Below, piece after piece: positions 45,925 to 64,000 of a stretch of 64,000 nt of DNA. Numbering within the stretch: the first letter of the stretch is position 1; every line of letters begins with the position of its first letter. Under the pieces are notes generated by a model. The model made no database searches. It had not been told where the DNA came from and was given only the letters and a program-made list of their open reading frames with translations. This stretch comes from the human T2T-CHM13v2.0 reference genome, Homo sapiens. The translations under genes were made by a program, and so were the position numbers. Where the stretch lies: NCBI RefSeq assembly GCF_009914755.1, contig NC_060925.1. One strand, written 5' to 3'.

Positions 45925-46374
45925 TAAATATTCTTAACCTTTAAGAATGAAACAACACATTTTCTGGATATTTTTCCAATTTAAATAGTGCTTATGGGTA
46001 TATTCTGCAAAGAAAGTAATAATAGCTTTCATTCTTCCATTTAAGATGAACTGAAGAATATTTACTATAATGAAATACAGGTATATTTTTGCCCATATGC
46101 ATAAAAAGAAAAGTCTTGCACATCAATAAAATTTAATTTACAATTTGATGACATTTGTAAATCCATTGAAAGCTAATCTATATTTGGGAAGCCTTTTTGT
46201 ATTATAAAGAAAATACTCTTAAGGTTCATTTATAATAAAATCATCACTAGATTGAAAAGCTTTAGCTGTTGGGCAGGCACAGAACTGAGTTTCCTTAAAT
46301 AATTGAAGCTGCTTATACTTCAATGTATACAAATGGGAAGTAACCTAAAACAACTGATGTTTGGAATTAAATTA

Positions 46375-50940
<4,566 letters not shown>

Positions 50941-51715
50941 TATTTGATATATTCAGGAGGAATACCAATCTCCTACTACTGCTGCTCCCTCCCCCATGCA
51001 GATACCATCTTCACTCTGCCTATGCTGTAGTACTCCCTGCTGAACTGTCTTCCTATGCTGAAATCCTTCTCACCTCTCTCAGGCTCAAGCTGCCCTTCTA
51101 CGCAGAGGAGGCTTTCTTCAGCCTACTTGGGATCCAAAACCTGTGTCAGGGTTTCCCTCTTCTCTTGCATGAATAACCTCCTGTTGTTCATATTCAGGCT
51201 CATATACCCTTGCTAGGTAGACCTTCAGTTTAAATGGCTTCCTTGTCCTCCTGTGCTATACCACCCCTCCGTCCTCTCCCTGCTCTGGCTTTGCCACCCC
51301 CACACCAACGATGCTCTCTTCTTCCTATTTGGGCCCTAACAACTGATACTACATCACATTGTTCATATTAAAATGATTTTTCAGTATATATGGAGGGTTC
51401 TTCACTTTATTTTTGAATATGTTGCTAGCCTAACCTTTTTTTCTCTGCATTTGTTTAACAGTGTTGTTGGAATCAGTAAATGTTTTAGGATTTTCAGAGA
51501 CTTAAACATGAATAATCAATATAAATAAAAACAAAGTACCACAGTTAATGTTTATGATATTTTGCCAGATGTCACTGCTTTGGATGATATTTTTGAATGA
51601 AAAATATCTTAAATACTTAACAGTTTTTACTTATGAATAGCATATTTTACATAGAAAAATGCAATGCAGTTTAATAGAACAGGAAATGGCCACTTTATAT
51701 AGATAATTAGTATTT

Positions 51716-52548
51716 GTATTAGTTTTTTTTTTTCTTTCTTTTTTGAGACAGAGTCTCACTCTCTTATCTAAGCTGGAGTGCAGTGGTGTGATCATAGTTT
51801 ACTTTAGCCTTGACCTCCCTGGCTTGTGCAATCTTCCTACCTCAGCCGCCTGAGTAGCCAAGACCACAGGCATGCGCTACCACACCCAACTAATTTTTAA
51901 GTTTTTTGTAGAGATGGGGAATTGTCTTTTTGCCCAGGCTTGTCTTGAACTCCTGGGCTCAAGCAATCCTCCTATCTTGGCCTCCTGAAGTGCTGAGTTT
52001 ATGGGTGTGAGTCACTGTGCCTGGCCTGTATTAGTTTTCTAAGGCTGTGTAACAAAACACTATGAATTGCACATCCTAAAATAATAGAAATTTATTGTCT
52101 TACAGATTTAGAGGCTAATAATCTGAAATCAAGGTGTTTTAGGGCCATGCTCTCTCTGCGAAACCTGTAGGGGAATCCTTTCTTGCCTCTTCCTAGCTTT
52201 TGGTGATTTGTTTACAATTATTGCCATTTCTTGGCTTGAATCTTCATAACGCCAATCTGTGTTTCCTCGTCAAATGGTGGTGTCCCTGTGTTTCCACGTG
52301 TTCACAACGCCAATCTGTGTTTCCTCTTCAAATGGTGGTGTCCCTGTGTTTCCATGTGTTCACATGGCTGTCTTTGTATGACATCAATATTATTGGACTA
52401 GGGGCCTACCCCACTCCAGTATTACATCATTGTAACAATTACTAACCTCTGGAATGACCCTATTTCCAAATAAGATCACATTTTGAGGTACTGAGGGTTA
52501 GAACTTCAACAGAATTTTTTTGGAGGGAACACAATTCAACCTTTAACA
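51716..52548 (-). mobile_element. MLT1C-like LTR with an AluJ (~51723-52026) at its end
   Basis: TGTATTAGTTTT duplicated either side of the Alu; LTR ends AATTCAACCTTTAACA. Confidence 0.78.
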
Positions 52549-52966
52549 GTGTATAAGTGAAGGCTATGTTTCTATTTTACTATAGGAAAGAATTAATCAT
52601 CAGATTATACCTGACAGCAATCTCTTTATTGTCAATTTATGTAACATATAGTATTATGCAATCACACAGTTTCATACAGTGTCACTAGTTATAGGAATTA
52701 GTAATATACATCTTTTTGCACTAGACAATTTCTGGTTAAATTAGGAAAAAAATATCACTTTGACCAACTAGTTTTCTGAGAAATATCTGTGAATAGCTTG
52801 CCTGCTTCTATACTCAGTTTGACTATCAGATTTTAGAAAAGTCTTCTGGTCTAGGTTTAAGGTAATTCAGTAAGCTAAGAATCTGGAACCTTTTTTTCTG
52901 TTCAGAAAAAAAAATTATAATTAGCGCCATAAGGTTTTAAAGGGTCAATGTTACTTCCCATCCTTT

Positions 52967-59115
<6,149 letters not shown>

Positions 59116-60519
59116 ACTTCCCATCCTTTAAACTAAGGAAAACTTTAGTTTTGGGAGAATCAGTCAGAATTGTAAATCTTTTTCTCACCATTGTGTTTCT
59201 GTCCTTTGTGGAGGCTTTTTGTTAAGACTGTACAGATCAGATTTAGTAACCTTTAGGGAAACTTAAGCAATATATTTAACTTTATGCATGATTCATGGCC
59301 TTCATTATTTCTTATAATGTTTCTCAGTTATCATTTTTTTAACCATCTGAAAATTTGTTTTGAAGGGCTCTTTTCTCATTTAATATAAGCACAAATCTCT
59401 TAATTGAATACAGTATTTACTAAGTTCAGACTTGTGCTGGTTAAACTGAATGATTTGCTAAAACTTGTGAATGAACTAAATGCTTTCAGAAAATTTTCAG
59501 TAAGAAATTGTTTGCCTAAGATGAGTTCTTATTCTTTCTTTTTAAGAATATTGATTCCTAGAAAATGCATGTTTCTGACCATAAGTGTTCACTAAAAATA
59601 AAGCTTAAATTTCTTATCTTAACACAATTTTCTTTCTGTACAGTATCTATAACCATAGCACTTAATGTATTGCATTAAGAATATTTGTGTTTTCCACTAC
59701 AAATGCTTAAAATACTTTCCCCAACATTTGAAAAATTTATATTAAAGATATTTTTCTAATTTTTATCATGAGTTTTTTGCATCATTTTGAATAACTTTTT
59801 TTCAAATGATTTCAGACTGCCATATAGAGTATCTGAAGTATATGATTCCTTCTTTGATTTATTCTATGATTCATTTTAGTAAGTATTATGATAAGTGCTA
59901 AAATATAATAAGAATTACAGCTCTGATCCAAAAGAATTTATACTCCAATGTTATATTTGGGTAAAAATAAAATAAGCAATTACAGCATAGTATTATCTAG
60001 AACTGCAAGGGATCTGAGATTCTACCCTAGTTGCAAACTAACTAATTAGCCTGCCATAGTTTCATAGATGCTGACAGAAGGCACAAGACGCTTGGGTCAA
60101 AGAGAAATATAAACATGCTATTATCGCTTCATTAAAAAAATATAAAATGGCTTTTTTTGCTTGTTTTTACTTCCCCCTCTACTTTTCTTCTGTTTCTCTG
60201 TAAAGCAATATTTTTTGGAAGGATTATCTGTAACTGATGTATCTAATTATGCTTCTTTTCTCTCCAAACCCATTCCAAACAAATCTTCGCCTCACCACTC
60301 CACTGGGAGGATTATCTGTAATTTGTGTATCTAATTATGCTCCTTTTCTCAAAGCCACCAATTATTTCCATATTGCTATATCCAGTGGTTAATGGCAGTG
60401 CTCATCATGCTTGACCTAGCAGCAAAATTTGACTCAGATGAACACACTCATTTCTCATTTTCTTCTTTTGCCTTCTGTAAGAGTATTCTTTTCTTTCTAC
60501 CTTCCTGTTTATTATTATT

Positions 60520-62860
60520 TTTAGCCTTTTCTTAAAGTAATGAGAAATAATATACAATACAGAAAACTGTACAAAATAAAAATGTAATGTTACATTGATT
60601 TATCACAAAGTGAACATTCATGTAACAACCACTCACGTAAAGAAATAGTTATCACCAATACCTCAAAAATTCCCCTTCTTCTCCTTCCCATCCATTATTT
60701 TCTACCTGTCTCCAAAAAGAAACGACTTTTAGTAATCATTTCCTTTTCTTTGTAATTTAGTTTGACTTGATCTATTAAAAACTTTATATATAAAGGGATT
60801 ATTCAATGCATATTTTTTGTGCCTGACTTCTTCAAGTCAACATTTTATTTGTGAGATTTAACCATGTTGTTTCATTCAGCTTTAGCTCATTTATTTTCAC
60901 TGCTATATGATATTCCACTGTATATTAATATGCCATTATTTATCCATTTCATAATTGCTGAACTTTTGAGTTGCTGACAGTTTTTGCAATCAGAAATAAT
61001 ACTGCTAAACAATCTTGTACCCATCTCTTAATGTAATTGTACATATGTTTTTATTTGGTATATAGTTAGGAGTGGAATTGCTGGGTCATGTGGTATGCAT
61101 ATATTCAACTTTGGTAGATAATGCCAAAATGTTTTTCAAAATGATTTATCCATTTATCCTCCCATCAGCATATGAGAACTCCAGTTTTTCTTCCCCAAAC
61201 CTGATATTACTGGTTTTAAAATTTTAGCCGTAGCATTTTAATAAACGTGGTTTTAATTTGTGTTTTCCTATTAATGAGGTTGAACATCCTTTCATATGTA
61301 TATTGACCATTTGAATATCTTCTTTTGTGAAAGTCTTGCTTGAGATTCTTACTCATTTTTCTATTTGGTTTATCTGCTTTTGTGATTTGTATAGCTTCTT
61401 TTCACATATTAGATATAAGCCCTTTTTTGGTTATGTGTGTTACAAACATTTCTTCCCATTTTGTAGTTTAATTTGCACTGAACATTGTGGGATAGATGCT
61501 GTTGGTATGCTACCCACATTGCCTTGGTATTCACTTTTGTGCAGGAAGACTTCTTGCTTGAAGCAGCTGAGACTCTGCTTTCTGAAGAATTTCTCTGGCC
61601 ATAAGAGAGGCTGGAGGGTATTAGGGAATTGATGCCCTGGCAACAGCTCTTAACCAACACTGAATAGGAGTTGATGAATAAATACCCCATTTTCCTTACC
61701 TCTGGAGATAGCTTCTGAAACTTACTCTATTCCATCTCTCAGATGTCTCCATCTGAGAGATGGAGACAAATTGGTTACTTGATCATTAATGTCTCCTGTA
61801 CAGGTATCCTTTCCTTCTCTGTCTTACTTCCCCACTCCCTTGCTTGTTTTTGCTGGAATTACTTTTTAAAATAAATTATTTGCTCTCAAATTCTAGTTTC
61901 TCAGAGTTGGCTTTTGGAGAACCTATCTTGAGTTAGTAATATCTTTTGATAAATAGAAATTCATAATTTAAATGGATCTAGTTTATCAGTTTTTTTTCCC
62001 TTCATAGTTAGTGTTTGCTCTGTCCTGCATAAGAAGTCTTTACCTACTCTAATATCTTGATTGTACCCATGGAATTTTAATTTTAATTTATGAAGATGAT
62101 TGAATGATAACATGGAGACACTAATGCTATTGTTTATTACGTATAGTTCCCAAGAGGAGAGGGCATGTCAGGCAGGACCACCTGGGGAAGTACTAGGGTT
62201 GGTCGAGAGGCAGAAGGAGCAAGGAGAAACATGGGCAAAAATGCCAGGAAGTTGCTAGGTAGGGAAGTCACCTGTTGGGCAGGAAGTAAAACACAGATGT
62301 TGAAGTTTGTGATTGGAGAGTTCGTAATATGATTTTCACATGCCTGCAAAAGCCAGACTGCAAGGGAGATGTAAACAACTTTAGCTATTAGTTTCACCGT
62401 GTGATTAATGGATGCCAAATCATCAATTACAAAATCTATAAAAGTTAATTAGAACACACAAGGCCATGAAGATATTCTTCTTTATTAATTCCAGATATTT
62501 TATTGTTTTACCTTTTATACTTAGATATACAATCCATCTGGAATTAATTTTTGTGTGTAGGTTGAGGGAAGGGCCATGTTTCTTTTCTTCCCATATGGAT
62601 TCATAATTCTACTGGTACTATTTACGGAAAAGACTCTCCTTTCCCCACTGTTCCGCAGTCAACCTTTGTCATAAATCGAGTGCCCATATATATGTTTAGG
62701 TCTATTTCTAGACTCTTTATTCTGTTCCATTGGACTCTGTTTTTACGTCAATACCATCATTTCTTAATTACTGTAATTTTATTAGAAGTTGACATTCATT
62801 CATTAGTTAGTCTTTCCATCTTCTTCTTCTTCAGTGGTGTGTTAGCTATTTTTGGAATTA
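60520..62860 (-). mobile_element. Ancient L1ME-like 3' region interrupted by old LTRs (LTR16-like at ~61486-61935, another at ~62070-62460)
   Basis: Diverged L1M motifs (GAGTGGAATTGCTGGGTCATG, ATCCATCTGGAATTAATTTTTGTG) and an LTR-like AATAAA...GGAGAACC end. Confidence 0.6.
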
Positions 62861-62871
62861 TCCCCCTGCCC

Positions 62872-63149
62872 TTTTTTGAGACAGGGTTTCACTTTGTCAC
62901 CCAGGCTGGTGTGATCACTGCTTACTGCAGGCTCAACCTCCTGGGCTCAAGTGATCCTCCCACCTCAGCCTCTATGTAGCTGGACCACAGACATGTGCCA
63001 CCACACCCAGCTAATTTCTTAACTTTTTTTTTGTAGAGGCAGAGTTTTGCCATGTTGCCCAGGCTGGTCTCAAACTCTTGAGCTCAAGTGATCCTCCTAC
63101 CTCAGACTCCCAAAATGCTGGGATTACCGACATAAGCCATTGCACCTAG
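62872..63149 (-). mobile_element. AluJ element
   Basis: Reverse Alu with J-type features. Confidence 0.88.
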
Positions 63150-63387
63150 CATGAATTATTCTTCTTTAGTGATAGTGATGATAGTTGTTTTCTGTTTAGT
63201 GAATTTTATTTATTTTTAATCTTCCAGTTAGTTTCAGAGATCCATTGTAAGAGAACATGACATAACCCATTTGGGGCTAACAACATTTATTATGGCATTT
63301 TTTCTAAATTGATGCATATGGTCACAGAACAGTCCAGGTATTGTGCAGTGGGGCTATAGACCACGGTACCTCAAAAAGAAACATCTG

Positions 63388-63521
63388 GCTAGGCATGGTG
63401 GCTCATGCCTGTAATCCCAGAACTTTGGGAGGCCGAGATGGCTGGATCATCTGAGGTCAGGAGTTCGAGACCAGCCTAGCCAACATGGTGAAACCCCATC
63501 TCTATTAAAAAAAAAAAAGAA
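63388..63521 (+). mobile_element. Left-monomer-only AluS with TSD
   Basis: Left arm ending at the middle A-rich linker, with TSD AAAAAGAAACATCT on both sides. Confidence 0.85.
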
Positions 63522-64000
63522 ACATCTTCATATCAAGTACATTATGTCATAATTGTAGTCCTAAAACTCTACTTCATCTGTCAGTATTGGTAAATTAGTC
63601 CAGGCACAGGATCATTCCTCATTCCTCCAGGTTTGGTAAAACTGCCCAATTCTAGAGTGCAATTTAATTTATATAAAATTTATTAATAAAATTTGGAATG
63701 TTGATATTGCTTTATTTTGGCAAACTATAATTCCTAGTGGAATTATGAAAAGTTTTACTTGAACAAACAGGAACCAATGAGGGAAATCAGTGTTGTTCTA
63801 TAACTATCTGGGAGGTTTGGATTCAGCCTTTTAAAATATCATCTATCTACAAATACTCTTTGTGCCTTTTTCAGTTAATCTTAGTCTCTTGGTGCTGCTC
63901 AGGATTGGACTGCATCTCCTTTTGCTATTCAGTTTAAATTGAACCCAAGAGATTGAAATAGAAATGAAAATTGGATACAAAGAGATGAACTCTTCTCATT

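Overview
Human (or great-ape) genomic DNA, not prokaryotic. The window lies inside the meiotic MutS homologue MSH4 on the + strand. It contains seven coding exons (exons 2-8 by my recollection of the protein; 986 nt, all GT-AG, phases joining into one open frame from [10 protein letters not shown] to VQIPKQDT). Exon 1 and exon 9 onward were not found. The rest is intron dominated by transposable elements: about 30 Alus, two full-length primate L1s in opposite orientations, two 5'-inverted L1s, an LTR13 solo LTR nested in a MER4-family LTR, a two-LTR MaLR (MST) provirus, a Ricksha (Mutator-like) transposon carrying an LTR fragment, and older MLT/L2/MIR/L1M relics. Almost all non-MSH4 ORFs in the track are Alu or L1 artefacts. 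I see no evidence for a new multi-gene system. The most unusual signals are traces of insertion and repair mechanisms: (1) an L1 insert with a TSD, no 3'UTR or poly(A), and both cDNAs primed internally; (2) an old L1 whose 5' junction captured a 102-bp copy of DNA from ~1.6 kb downstream, later hit by two more L1s; (3) several snap-back hairpins and templated duplications. Regulatory candidates are an L1 antisense promoter pointing towards downstream MSH4 exons and a CTCF-like motif in LTR13. Repeat subfamily names are from memory of consensus sequences, not from a RepeatMasker run, and boundaries without a stated TSD are approximate.
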